NCBI GenBank assembly: GCA_963801815.1 | Contig: CAWDGJ010000003.1 | Location: 736,001-800,000, forward strand | Reading direction: 5' to 3' | DNA from: an uncultured Verrucomicrobiae bacterium | GTDB taxonomy: Bacteria; Verrucomicrobiota; Verrucomicrobiia; Chthoniobacterales; UBA10450 | DNA: 64,000 nucleotides | In this document: positions 37,226-49,364 of the stretch, piece after piece | Layout of the letters: each line of letters starts with the position of its first letter | How positions within the stretch are numbered: position 1 is the first letter of the stretch | The notes under the pieces: model-generated | What the model was told of the DNA's origin: nothing | Databases searched by the model: none | What the model saw: the letters and a program-made list of their open reading frames with translations, nothing else | Translations under genes and position numbers: made by a program

Positions 37226-38066
37226 TCAACGGAGCTTTCGAGCTCCGGTTCGCTTGACGCCTCGATGAAATTTTGGAATCCGGACCGTGGTCACACTGCG
37301 CGGCACGTTGCGATTCTTGCGCATTCCCCAGACAAACCACTGCGAGTATTCCCTGACCCAGGGACCGAGATGAAAATTCGATTCGCCGCCGTACCAAGCG
37401 ATCGATCGAGATAATTGGGACTTCGCCTAATCGCAAACCGGCGTGATGCGCTTTGATCGCCATTTCGAATGCGACTGTCCAACCAACCGGCCGGCTTTCC
37501 AGATTGAGCGAGGGAAAGATTTCTTTGCGGAACATCTTGATGCCGGTCGTGGCGTCGGTGAAAGGCGAACCAGCCACTCGATGGAACAACCAGTTGGCCC
37601 AGTAGGAGAGGAAAGCGCCAACGAGCGAGCCTCCCAGCCGGCGGCCGCCATGAGCATAACGAGTGCAACTGACGAAATCGCATCCCTCCTGAATCAGCGC
37701 GATCATGTCTTCAATCGCCAACACCGGACCGACTTCATCAGCGGCGAAAATTAGAATCACATCGCCTTGCGATGAAGCAACGCCGGAGCGGATGGCGTTC
37801 ACAACGCCGTTGCCGAGGGTGTTCTGAACACCGCGCAGCTCCGGATAATTTTGGCGAACTTCCTCGACAATGGGAATGCTGTCATCACCGGCGGAGTCGT
37901 AAACAACCAGGACCTCGTGGGGCAGATCAACTACCGCTCGCAAAATTTTAAGCATGATCCGGAGGTTGATGCCCTCATTGCGCACCGGCAGGAGGATCGA
38001 CAGCATTTCACAGCGATTTGCTGCCGTTTTCGTCTCAATTGGTGCAGTGGCCACAGTGCTGGTCAT
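37226..38066 (-). pseudogene. GT2 polyprenyl-phosphate glycosyltransferase-like gene with a +1 frameshift near 37395
   Basis: PVRNE, AADE, DATTGIKMFR. Removing one G in TTG-G-TAC gives IDRLYGGESNFHLGPWVREY... ending TGA 37226. As read, the ORF runs on to 37164 into the next gene. Confidence 0.7.
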
Positions 38067-39160
38067 TCGTTGTAAAACTTTTTGATCAACCGGCAAACGT
38101 TGCGCACATCATCATCGGTCATCTGAAAAGCAGACGGGAGCCAAATCGCCTGTTTACCAATCTTGGCGCTGACCGGAAAATGTTTCTCGTCACGCAGATA
38201 AGGTTTCTGGGTGTGCAAAGGAAACCAGAACCGCCGGCAACCGGCGCCGTTTTTAGCCAGGAAATTATCGAGCTCATCGCGACGCTCGGCTAAAGCGTCG
38301 ACCCACTGCGGTTGCTCACCGGCTTCGATGTTAAACGCAAGAACACGAATGCCTTTGGTTCCGGCGAGTCCTTCGCGGTAAATGGAATAGGTGCGCCGGA
38401 CCCGGTCCATTCGCGGTTCAAGACTTCCCAGCTGACCCAGGCCGACGGCCGCTTGAAGGTTCGTGAGTTTGAAATTGAACCCAATCGATTCGTGCACATC
38501 GGCCCCTCCGGTGCCGCGAACGGGTCTGCCCTGGTCTTTCAATTCGCGAAGTCGGTGAAAAATCGCTTCGTCATTCGTTACAATCACGCCGCCTTGTCCG
38601 GTAGTGATCATTTTATTCGGGGAAAATGAAAAACAGCCGGTCCGGCCAAATGTTCCGAGGCAGCGATTTTTAAATCGAGAACAAAATGCTTCCGCTGCGT
38701 CCTCGACAACCGCAAGACCGCGGGCATGGGCGAGGTTGACAATTTTTTCGATGTTCGCGGCGCGGCCGCTGACGTGGACCGGCACAACTGCTTTTGTTCT
38801 GGACGTTATCGCAGCCTCCATCGCCTTCACGCTGAGGTTCAACGTATCGGCATCGACGTCGGCGAATACCGGAGTTGCTCCAGTCATCGAAACTGCGTTG
38901 GCGGTCGCAATAAAACTGATGTCCGGAACAATCACTTCATCGCCATGACCAATGTCGAGCGACATGAGTGACAGGTAAATGGCCGCAGTGCCGCTGGTAA
39001 CGCCGATTCCAAATTTTGCGCCGGTAAGTTTTGCGATCGTTTGCGCGAACTGGTCTGTGACTTCACCGTCATTAAGAAAATTGCTATCGATGACTTTCTT
39101 AAGCAGCGGTAATTCGTTGCCGGTCATCTCGGGTGACCACCAGGAGATGGACCGCCCCAT
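38063..39160 (-). CDS. DegT/DnrJ sugar aminotransferase
   Basis: VEDAAEA, FSFSPNKMITTGQGG, GFNFKLT. Confidence 0.9.
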   Translation of the reverse strand: MGRSISWWSPEMTGNELPLLKKVIDSNFLNDGEVTDQFAQTIAKLTGAKFGIGVTSGTAAIYLSLMSLDIGHGDEVIVPDISFIATANAVSMTGATPVFADVDADTLNLSVKAMEAAITSRTKAVVPVHVSGRAANIEKIVNLAHARGLAVVEDAAEAFCSRFKNRCLGTFGRTGCFSFSPNKMITTGQGGVIVTNDEAIFHRLRELKDQGRPVRGTGGADVHESIGFNFKLTNLQAAVGLGQLGSLEPRMDRVRRTYSIYREGLAGTKGIRVLAFNIEAGEQPQWVDALAERRDELDNFLAKNGAGCRRFWFPLHTQKPYLRDEKHFPVSAKIGKQAIWLPSAFQMTDDDVRNVCRLIKKFYNE

Positions 39161-39161
39161 A

Positions 39162-39962
39162 TCAATCCACCCTGCGCAGCACAAATCCCTGGATCGGACC
39201 GAATGAGTCTCCTTTGTTCACCGCAATTTTGACTCGATCCCCCATCAATTCGTAGAGCCGGCGCGCGGCGGCATCGGCGGCATCAAAAATATCGTCTTTA
39301 ACAGCTGTGCGGCCGAAACCTTCAAATTTCGCGAACATGTTTACGAATACGCGCGTGAGCAAATAATAAAGGTTAAAGGTATGCGTTTTTTCTACGCTAA
39401 ACTTTCCTTTGAGGAACTCCATCAACTGATCGTAGTGGAGAAAGTAGTTGTGCCAGTCATGCAATGGCACGTTCTTCAATCCCACGGCGCGTCGCACCTC
39501 ATTCATCGCTTCGAAGCCTTCGAAAGTATTTTCGATCATGATGTACCGGCCACCATGCCGCAAAGTGCTCCGAATATTTTGCAGCACCTGCTTCTGCTCC
39601 TCCCAGGTCATGAAATTGATTACGACCCGTTGCGAAACAACCAGGTCAAACTTGTTGGCGTAGCCTGATAAGTCCAAAGCGTCGCCGCCGGCAAGCGTCA
39701 CATTAGTTAGGCCAGCTGCTGCGAAGCGCTGGGCCGCTTTGGCGCGCAAATGGTTTGAGTGTTCCAACGCAAGACAACTGCGCGCTTTCGCTGCGTAGTG
39801 GACAGTGGATTCGCCGTCACCGCAGCCGAAGTCAGCCATTTCATCGCTGGCCTTAATCTGTGAGAGCACGAAATCGGTTTCGAGTTTTCGCAGATTTTTG
39901 TCGAGCAGTGAAATGGTGTCGGCACTTTCCCAGTATTCGTCGATCCGACTTCGATCGCTCAT
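39162..39962 (-). CDS. Class I SAM-dependent methyltransferase
   Basis: DFGCGDG, FDLVVSQRVVIN. Confidence 0.82.
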   Translation of the reverse strand: MSDRSRIDEYWESADTISLLDKNLRKLETDFVLSQIKASDEMADFGCGDGESTVHYAAKARSCLALEHSNHLRAKAAQRFAAAGLTNVTLAGGDALDLSGYANKFDLVVSQRVVINFMTWEEQKQVLQNIRSTLRHGGRYIMIENTFEGFEAMNEVRRAVGLKNVPLHDWHNYFLHYDQLMEFLKGKFSVEKTHTFNLYYLLTRVFVNMFAKFEGFGRTAVKDDIFDAADAAARRLYELMGDRVKIAVNKGDSFGPIQGFVLRRVD

Positions 39963-41170
39963 TGGCTTGGGCCGGTGGGAATAACGTTCCACAAATCGAC
40001 CACTGTCGTTTTGACGGGAATGCGCAATTGCCGATAAGCGTTGTGCGCGGCCCCGACTATGACAATGTCACTGGACGCGACCAGTTCTTCCTTGCTGACG
40101 AACGTCGGATCTTTCGCGTATTCGTCCGAATAGAAAACCTGCGCGCCGTGGAAACGAAGAAGTTTGCCAAGCTTGTAGGAAAGCGAGTTGCGGATGTCGT
40201 CACTGTTAGCCTTAAACGCCATCCCGAGAATGCCGACGCGTTTTTCGCGCAAATCGAATCGACGCGCCAATTGTTCGACGATGAAGTTTGGCAGCCCTTC
40301 GTTGATGGTCGTGGCCATCTGGCCAAGAACGAAATTGTGTTTTTGAAAGGCGAACAGTTGCATCGTGTCTTTCATTAAACATGGCCCGGCGGCAAAGCCG
40401 GGCCCCGGGATACTTCCCATTCGCGGATAACCGCGCTTCATTTTTGAGAGTAGCTCGCCGTAATCCAGTCCTGCGCTTTCGACGACCATGTAAAGCTGAT
40501 TGGTTGCGGCAAACTGCATGTAGCGAAAGGCATTGCAGACGAGCTTGGCGAACTCCGCCTCGAGTGGGCTCATTTCGACAACTTCGGGTGCTATCTTGCA
40601 AAAAAGATTTTTCGCCGCGGTCACGGCGCCGGAGGTAGTTCCGCTCACAAGCTGCGGAAGAGAGCGAATTTCCTCGATGGCTTTTCCTTGCACGACCCGC
40701 TCCGGACAAAACGCGATCCCAATTTTCATTCCGCGGCTTCGAAGGTATCCGTCGATGTATTTCGTTGTGCCCGGGGCGACGGTAGACCGAAGAATAATCG
40801 TCTGTTCGTCCCGAAGATGCGGAATCAATTCATCGAGACAGCGGGTAAGAAGCGACAGATTGGGATTGTTGAACTCATCCACCGGCGTCCCAATCGTCAA
40901 TACGATGAGTGCAGCCTGCGCGACACTTTTCGGCTGGGAGGAAAGGGTCAATCGATCGGTCTCATGCACTTTGTTCAAAAGTGCGTCGCCGCCCTCCTCG
41001 CGAAAAGGCATGGTTCCGCTGGCAATCGTTTCCAACGCCGTCTCGTTGATGTCCAGGATTGCCGTTTTAAAACCGCTGTCCGACAGGACGAGCGCCAGGG
41101 GCAGCCCAACCCGGCCTGCGCCTCCGACGACACAAACATCGTAACTCGCCATGGGGTCCTTCTGCATCAT
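39959..41170 (-). CDS. Nucleotide-sugar dehydrogenase (UDP-glucose/UDP-ManNAc dehydrogenase family)
   Basis: GRVGLP, IGTP, RSTVAPGTT, FCPERV, GPCLMKD, GMAFK..SDDIRNS. Confidence 0.9.
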   Translation of the reverse strand: MMQKDPMASYDVCVVGGAGRVGLPLALVLSDSGFKTAILDINETALETIASGTMPFREEGGDALLNKVHETDRLTLSSQPKSVAQAALIVLTIGTPVDEFNNPNLSLLTRCLDELIPHLRDEQTIILRSTVAPGTTKYIDGYLRSRGMKIGIAFCPERVVQGKAIEEIRSLPQLVSGTTSGAVTAAKNLFCKIAPEVVEMSPLEAEFAKLVCNAFRYMQFAATNQLYMVVESAGLDYGELLSKMKRGYPRMGSIPGPGFAAGPCLMKDTMQLFAFQKHNFVLGQMATTINEGLPNFIVEQLARRFDLREKRVGILGMAFKANSDDIRNSLSYKLGKLLRFHGAQVFYSDEYAKDPTFVSKEELVASSDIVIVGAAHNAYRQLRIPVKTTVVDLWNVIPTGPSQ

Positions 41171-41706
41171 TGCAACTTGATGTGTCCCTGGGCCACCGCC
41201 ATCAGGATAGTTGCGCGGTTCAAGGCGCTGGAAAAAGCGGGCTCGTGGACGATCAAGTCGCGCAACGACCGGTCGTAAATCGCGGGTTCAATTCCAGCCG
41301 GTGGCGCAAAGCCCTCTTGAGCCGGCGTGACTCCCGGCGCAAAGAAACACCAAAGTTTGTTGTTAAGCCGACCGGTGTCCGGAGACAGACTGCCCACCGG
41401 GACCAATTCTTTTGCGATGAATCCCGTTTCCTCGCGAAGTTCCCTGGCCGCGGCTTGCGCGGGAGTTTCGCCTTCATCGACGTGACCGCAGGGTAACTCA
41501 AGAGTCACCTGTTCGACTGCAGGACGAAACTGGCGGACCAACGGAAACGCGCCGCTGTTTGTTACCGCAAATATTGAGACGTAATCCTGGGTGCTAATTG
41601 AATAATGCAGCGCGGCATCGTCTCCAATCTTCTTGCCGATCAATTCAAACCAAGGTGTCTTAAAAACCGAACTTCTGCCGCAAATGTCCAACTTGGTTGC
41701 GTTCAT
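41167..41706 (-). CDS. NUDIX hydrolase
   Basis: Nudix box GHVDEGETPAQAAARELREETGF. Confidence 0.88.
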   Translation of the reverse strand: MNATKLDICGRSSVFKTPWFELIGKKIGDDAALHYSISTQDYVSIFAVTNSGAFPLVRQFRPAVEQVTLELPCGHVDEGETPAQAAARELREETGFIAKELVPVGSLSPDTGRLNNKLWCFFAPGVTPAQEGFAPPAGIEPAIYDRSLRDLIVHEPAFSSALNRATILMAVAQGHIKLQ

Positions 41707-41797
41707 GCGATCAACTGAAAATGTTTGGGTGAAATCTATCCTACGCCGGCAGGGTTCGGTGCGAAATACCGGTTTCAAGGAAAAATTCCGAATTTAA

Positions 41798-42238
<441 letters not shown>

Positions 42239-42267
42239 AAAACTGAAAACTGAAACGCTGAAATGAG

Positions 42268-43137
42268 ATGAATGACTTTTTATTATCAGTCGTGCTCGGA
42301 ATTGTTGAAGGATTGACCGAATTCCTGCCAGTGAGCTCGACGGGCCATCTTCGCATCGTCGAAGCGCTGTTCGGTCTGCATCTGCACGACAGCTTCTGGA
42401 AGATGTACACGATTGTGATCCAGCTGGGCGCGATCCTGGCGTTGCCGGTTTATTTCTGGAACCGGATCCTGAAATTCCTCGCCACGTTTCCGAAAGGTGA
42501 GCGCGGCGACCGGAATTTCCTGACCCATCCGCTGAGTTTGACCATCATTGCGTTTATCGTGACCGCCGTGCCGGCCTGGGCGTTGACCAAAGTTATCGGC
42601 AAAAATCTCGAGAGTCTGTGGGTGATAACGCTGGCGCTTATCATCGGTGGAATCGTGATGTGGATTGTCGACGCGATGTTCACTCGACCGCGCGTGACGC
42701 ACATGGAGGAAATGAGTTTGCCTCAGGCGATCTGGATCGGTGCGTGCCAGATTTTGTCCGCAGTATTTCCGGGAACATCGCGTTCGATGTCGACGATCGC
42801 GGCCGGGCAGATTGCCGGGATGTCTCGTCCAGCTGCGCTTGAATTTTCTTTTTTTCTCTCGATGCCAACGATGGCGGTGGCGACGTTGTACGATCTCTAC
42901 AAAACGTTGAAGCCGGGCCATACCCCCCTCGAGGAAGGAAACCTTGCGCCCCTTACGATGAATGGGCACGAATGGATCATCCTCGCGATCGGGTTCGTGG
43001 TGTCGTTCATTGTCGCTCTGGCCGTGGTCGCCTGGTTCATGCATTGGGTCCGGAGACATGGCTTCACGCCGTTTGCGATTTATCGGATCGCGCTCGGAAT
43101 CGTTTTGTTGGTCCTCTTAACTCGCGGACTTATTTAG
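42268..43137 (+). CDS. uppP: Undecaprenyl-diphosphatase (BacA)
   Basis: VEGLTEFLPVSSTGH, PGTSRS, EFSFFL. Confidence 0.95.
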   Translation: MNDFLLSVVLGIVEGLTEFLPVSSTGHLRIVEALFGLHLHDSFWKMYTIVIQLGAILALPVYFWNRILKFLATFPKGERGDRNFLTHPLSLTIIAFIVTAVPAWALTKVIGKNLESLWVITLALIIGGIVMWIVDAMFTRPRVTHMEEMSLPQAIWIGACQILSAVFPGTSRSMSTIAAGQIAGMSRPAALEFSFFLSMPTMAVATLYDLYKTLKPGHTPLEEGNLAPLTMNGHEWIILAIGFVVSFIVALAVVAWFMHWVRRHGFTPFAIYRIALGIVLLVLLTRGLI

Positions 43138-43147
43138 ATCGACGCCG

Positions 43148-43552
43148 ATGGAACCGACCGAGGCAATTCTTCCCGATTTGCAGAGCTGCGTGCTTTGCGA
43201 AGACGTCAGGTGCGAGTTCAACGGAATGAACACGCTCGTCGGTGTGCTCAACGTGATCGCGGCGCCATCCTTGCCGATCAATTATCTGCGGCTCTGCATT
43301 TGGACGCGCTGGTGCAGTGGCTCGGGCAAATTCAAGCAAAAGTCGCGGATCGTCGGAGTGGACGAGCAAAATGTTCTGGCGCAGGCCGAGGTTGAATTCG
43401 AGCTGAAGGAAATGGAAGGCCACGCCACCAACGTTCATTATTTTGGCGGCGTGCAGTTCCAGCAATTCGGCCTCCATCACGTAGAGATTTTTCTGCAAGA
43501 GGAATTGAGGCTGCGTTTCCCGCTTCCGGTAGTCCGCATCCAGCGGAAATAA
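43148..43552 (+). CDS. Hypothetical protein (DUF6941-like)
   Basis: LCEDVRCE..G..TLVGV N-terminal pattern, 134 aa beta-rich. Confidence 0.6.
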   Translation: MEPTEAILPDLQSCVLCEDVRCEFNGMNTLVGVLNVIAAPSLPINYLRLCIWTRWCSGSGKFKQKSRIVGVDEQNVLAQAEVEFELKEMEGHATNVHYFGGVQFQQFGLHHVEIFLQEELRLRFPLPVVRIQRK

Positions 43553-43722
43553 GTAGAGGGCTTCGTGGCCGCCTCGGTTCCCAACCTCGGAGCCCAGTTT
43601 CCTCATGTGCGCTCGACCGCTGCGGCGGCGTCGGCACCTCCCGCGGTAAAGTTGGTTCCCGCCAACGCCTTGTGAATAACTGCTTGCCACGCAAGTGTGG
43701 ATTCGTTATCACCGACGAGTTC

Positions 43723-44790
43723 ATGGTCGGCAAAGTCGTCATCGGTATTCTACCGGTCGCGTTGGTTTCAATCGCACCGGCGTTCGCGCAACAAGTGGAA
43801 ATTGGGCGCGAGAAGCCAGTCGCAGTCGTCCATCAGGCGAAGACAGCTCCGCAATCGCAGGTCGAGGTTCGTCCCCAAGCCCAACGAGTTTCTTTTACCA
43901 CCTCCGCGCCGTCTCCAAAACTGAGCATCGAACAAATGCGACAAGCCGGCGCGTTGGCAGGGCAGCGTGTGAGGGAGGAGATGCACGACATCGAGGAAAA
44001 CGAGCCGCCTCCGAAGCCGGCTGCGCAGCCAAAGAAGCAATCCGCGGCAAACGCGGTCCGCGTGGTCGAGCATCCATCGCGCGAGATCGAAACGTTTCCG
44101 ACGCCGCCAATTAATCTTTCAGGCCAAACCGCGTTCGTAAAGTTAGCAGACGGGTTCGATATGCCGGTTGGGAAACCGGATGGAAAAGGCTATTACAGGG
44201 CAAGGGGATTTCGCGCCCACGGGCATCTTGGCGAGGATTGGGATGGCGTCGGCGGCGGCGATACTGACCTCGGCGATCCCGTTTACGTGATCGCTGACGG
44301 CGTGGTCGTTTTTGCGCGTGATTGTCATCAGGGCTGGGGGAACGTTGTCATTATCCGACACGCGTATCGTGATGGCTTGGGCACGCATTACATCGATTCG
44401 CTCTACGGACATCTCGATAGGATCCTGGTGAAGCGCGGGCAAAGCGTTCGACGCGGGCAGCAGATCGCGGCAATCGGAAACGCGCACGGTCTTTACGACG
44501 CCCATTTACATCTGGAAGTTCGCAAGAACCTTGAGATCGGAATGAGTCGCGACAAATTCGCGCAAGACTCCAGCAACTATTATGATCCATCGCAGTTCAT
44601 CACCGCGCACCGACATATCCAAAGCAGTGGCGCGAGTACGCGAGTCGCGATGAACACCTTCACCTACGATGCGCGAATTCCGTGGGACAAGCTTAAGAAT
44701 TACTCCCACGCACACACCGGCGGGGGCACGAGTGAATCTGCCTACGCGCTCAAGAAAGCTCTGGCTTCGCAGAGCACTAAGCGCGACTAA
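43723..44790 (+). CDS. M23 family metallopeptidase
   Basis: HLGEDWD, YGHL, AHLHLEVR, signal-peptide-like N-terminus. Confidence 0.88.
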   Translation: MVGKVVIGILPVALVSIAPAFAQQVEIGREKPVAVVHQAKTAPQSQVEVRPQAQRVSFTTSAPSPKLSIEQMRQAGALAGQRVREEMHDIEENEPPPKPAAQPKKQSAANAVRVVEHPSREIETFPTPPINLSGQTAFVKLADGFDMPVGKPDGKGYYRARGFRAHGHLGEDWDGVGGGDTDLGDPVYVIADGVVVFARDCHQGWGNVVIIRHAYRDGLGTHYIDSLYGHLDRILVKRGQSVRRGQQIAAIGNAHGLYDAHLHLEVRKNLEIGMSRDKFAQDSSNYYDPSQFITAHRHIQSSGASTRVAMNTFTYDARIPWDKLKNYSHAHTGGGTSESAYALKKALASQSTKRD

Positions 44791-44805
44791 AACTGACCCT
44801 TACGG

Positions 44806-46421
<1,616 letters not shown>

Positions 46422-46422
46422 A

Positions 46423-47139
46423 ATGGCCGCCGCCGGTAAATCGGTCCCGCGACACATCGCTATTATCATGGACGGGAACGGCCGCTGGGCCAAAGAGCGC
46501 GGCCTGCCGCGGATCAAAGGACACGAGGAAGGGGCCCGGGCGGCACGTGAATGCGTGGAAGGATGTGCTGAGCTGAAAGTAGAATTCCTCACTCTCTACG
46601 CCTTCTCTGCCGAGAACTGGCAGCGACCAAAAACCGAGGTCTTCGCCCTAATGCGGCTACTGGAAAAGTTCTTGAAGGAGAAGACGCCGGAATTGATCGA
46701 GAAAAACGTTCGTCTCCAGGCGATCGGCAGACTGACCGATTTACCGGATTCCTGTCAGAAACAGTTGCACAAGTCGATCGAAGAGACTGCGCGCAACACC
46801 GGTGTGACCCTGGTTCTTGCCTTGAGTTACGGTGGACGGTTGGAAATCATCGATGGCATCAAGAGTTTACTTCGCGCGATCGAGCTTGGCCACATCGACA
46901 AAGGCATGATCGACGTGGAGATGTTCAGCAAACATCTTTACACGCGATATTATCCCGATCCCGACCTGCTCATTCGAACTTCCGGCGAGATGCGGCTCTC
47001 GAATTTTTTGCTCTGGCAGACTTCCTACACTGAAATGTACGTGACACCGAAACTCTGGCCCGACTTTACCCGGAAAGATTTGTTCGCCGCAGTGGAAGAG
47101 TACGGACGGCGTCAGCGGCGCTATGGCCGGAGTGAGTAA
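46423..47139 (+). CDS. uppS: Undecaprenyl diphosphate synthase
   Basis: HIAIIMDGNGRWA, YAFSAENWQRP, IRTSGEMRLSNFLLWQ. Confidence 0.95.
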   Translation: MAAAGKSVPRHIAIIMDGNGRWAKERGLPRIKGHEEGARAARECVEGCAELKVEFLTLYAFSAENWQRPKTEVFALMRLLEKFLKEKTPELIEKNVRLQAIGRLTDLPDSCQKQLHKSIEETARNTGVTLVLALSYGGRLEIIDGIKSLLRAIELGHIDKGMIDVEMFSKHLYTRYYPDPDLLIRTSGEMRLSNFLLWQTSYTEMYVTPKLWPDFTRKDLFAAVEEYGRRQRRYGRSE

Positions 47140-48306
47140 CTAAACGAACTCCGCGGCCACGGAATCGGCCAGCGCTTTCCCGGCGCGCGTCAAAACAAAC
47201 CGGTTCTTTATTTTTCGCAGAAGACCGAGCCGCAGAAACTCCCGAGTCTGATTTGGAAACGCATCGAACAAGTGCGCGGCAGCTCCGGTATCGGTGCGCA
47301 GCGACAGGGCGATCTTTTCCGTCCGTTTCATGTCTTGGGTCAAACGCTCGTTTGAACCGATTGGGCTGCGCTTCAAGAGGACCGCGTCCGAGTATTGTCG
47401 AAAATCGGCCACGTTTTGCCATCGGGTCATGCCGACTGTGGAAAACGCGCTCGGGCCGACCCCGAGGTATTCTGCGCCCGACCAGTAGGCACGGTTGTGT
47501 GCTGAACGAAATCCGGGACGTGAGTAATTCGAGATTTCGTAATGCAGGTAACCCGCGTTTTCGAGGATCGACATCGTCATCTCGAAAAAGTCCCCGTCAG
47601 CGTCCGAGTCCTGTCGAAATTCGCCGCGCGCGTGTCGAACAAAAAATTCGGTGTCTTCTTCGTAGGTGAGACAGTAGGTGGAAATGTGCTCGGGCTTCAA
47701 CGCGATCGTTCGCTCCAAGGTTTGTTTCCATTGCCGAACCGTTTGGCCCGGCAATCCAAACATCAGATCGACATTGATGTTTGAAAATCCAGCGTTGCGA
47801 AAAATCTGGAATGAATGCGCTGCCTGCTTCGCGTTGTGCTCGCGACCAAGCAATTTCAACAGGTCATCGTCCCACGATTGAACGCCGAGACTGATTCGGC
47901 TAATCCCGAGCCGCCGAAGCAACGCCGCTTTGATCGCTGAAACACTCCCCGGATTGGCTTCGATCGTCCATTCAATCAGCTCTGACAAGTCGAGTACGTT
48001 GCGAAACCGGCCGAGCAGGAACTCCAACTGAGTGGTCGTCAACGCGGTCGGCGTGCCGCCGCCGAAATAAATTGTCCTTGGCCGTAAACGCCGGCTCTGC
48101 ACGTGGGTCTCCAATTCGCCTACGAGCGCCTCGCAGAACCGTTGAGTTTGCGAACGATCAAGCAGGGTTTTGTAAAACGCGCAGTATGGACAGATCCGCG
48201 CGCAGAATGGAATGTGAACATAGATATGGCGGATAATGCCCGACGCGGTCTCGCTGGTTTGTTTGTCTCTTGAAAGCGAGGAGTTGTGATTCGCAGCGGC
48301 CACCAT
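47140..48306 (-). CDS. hemW: Radical SAM heme chaperone HemW (HemN-like)
   Basis: YVHIPFCARICPYCAF, GGGTP, YEISNY, HNRAYW. Confidence 0.88.
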   Translation of the reverse strand: MVAAANHNSSLSRDKQTSETASGIIRHIYVHIPFCARICPYCAFYKTLLDRSQTQRFCEALVGELETHVQSRRLRPRTIYFGGGTPTALTTTQLEFLLGRFRNVLDLSELIEWTIEANPGSVSAIKAALLRRLGISRISLGVQSWDDDLLKLLGREHNAKQAAHSFQIFRNAGFSNINVDLMFGLPGQTVRQWKQTLERTIALKPEHISTYCLTYEEDTEFFVRHARGEFRQDSDADGDFFEMTMSILENAGYLHYEISNYSRPGFRSAHNRAYWSGAEYLGVGPSAFSTVGMTRWQNVADFRQYSDAVLLKRSPIGSNERLTQDMKRTEKIALSLRTDTGAAAHLFDAFPNQTREFLRLGLLRKIKNRFVLTRAGKALADSVAAEFV

Positions 48307-48320
48307 AAAATCAAGGGTTC

Positions 48321-49364
48321 TTGTCGCCTCGAAACGTAGTTCTGATTTGCGCCTGCGCCATCGTTACCTTGTTGGCACAGCCTAAGTCTTCGGCGCAAAC
48401 ATCGGTTGTCTATTCGACTCACGACGCAAACGCGATCGTCGATTATAAGGCGAACCCCCGGGTTGTTCGGGCGATGGTGGATCGACTGGTTTTGGCGGCT
48501 ACGGGTCAATCGGACTTGGGTAAAGCCTGGGGATCTCTGGTTTCGCCTGCCGACAAGGTTGGGATAAAAATTTCGGCTGCCGGCGGCGAACTCTTCACCA
48601 CCCACCACGACGTTGTCGCGGCGATCGTCGACGGTCTGGTGGCGGCCGGGCATTCGCGCGGTAGCATCATCGTTTGGGACCGGTCGCTGGAAGGGACCAA
48701 GGGAGCCGGGTACAAAGCGAACGCCGACGGTTTTCAACTCAAGAGCATCGCGCCGCGCACCGGATACGATCCAAAAGCGACGGTGACTGCGCCGCTGCTT
48801 GGCAAACTGGTGTGGGGCGACGTCGATTATGTCAGCGGCGGAGGAAAAAGTGTCCCACTGTCCGATACCGAGAACACCAGCAACGTCAGTCATTTTTCGC
48901 GTATCCTCACCACTGATGTGACGAAAGTGATTAACGTCCCGGTCATGAGCAACAGCACGATGAATGGCATCGCCGGTTGCCTTTACAACATGACGGTTCC
49001 GAACATCGACAACTGGCGCCGGTTTTCGCAAGGAACTCCCTTCGGCGCGGAAAGTATCGCCCTCATTTATTCGAACCCGGTCATTGCGCAGAAAGTGGTG
49101 CTGAACATAATGGACGGCTTGCTGGCGGAATATGGCGGCGGACCGGCGTCGCAACCAAACTTTGCGCTCAACCATGCAACTCTTTACGCCAGCAAAGATC
49201 CGGTGGCGCTGGATACTGTTGCGTTGAAACAACTTGAGGCCTGGCGCGCCAAGGAGAACTTTCCGCCGATCGGCCGCCTCGCGAGTTATGTGCAAACGGC
49301 GACCGCAGTTGGCCTCGGCAATTCGGACATAAGTCGAATCGAGGTGAAAAATGTCGGTCGCTGA
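48321..49364 (+). CDS. DUF362 domain protein with signal peptide
   Basis: DKVGIK, IIVWDR, INVPV, SKDPVALD. Confidence 0.7.
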   Translation: MSPRNVVLICACAIVTLLAQPKSSAQTSVVYSTHDANAIVDYKANPRVVRAMVDRLVLAATGQSDLGKAWGSLVSPADKVGIKISAAGGELFTTHHDVVAAIVDGLVAAGHSRGSIIVWDRSLEGTKGAGYKANADGFQLKSIAPRTGYDPKATVTAPLLGKLVWGDVDYVSGGGKSVPLSDTENTSNVSHFSRILTTDVTKVINVPVMSNSTMNGIAGCLYNMTVPNIDNWRRFSQGTPFGAESIALIYSNPVIAQKVVLNIMDGLLAEYGGGPASQPNFALNHATLYASKDPVALDTVALKQLEAWRAKENFPPIGRLASYVQTATAVGLGNSDISRIEVKNVGR

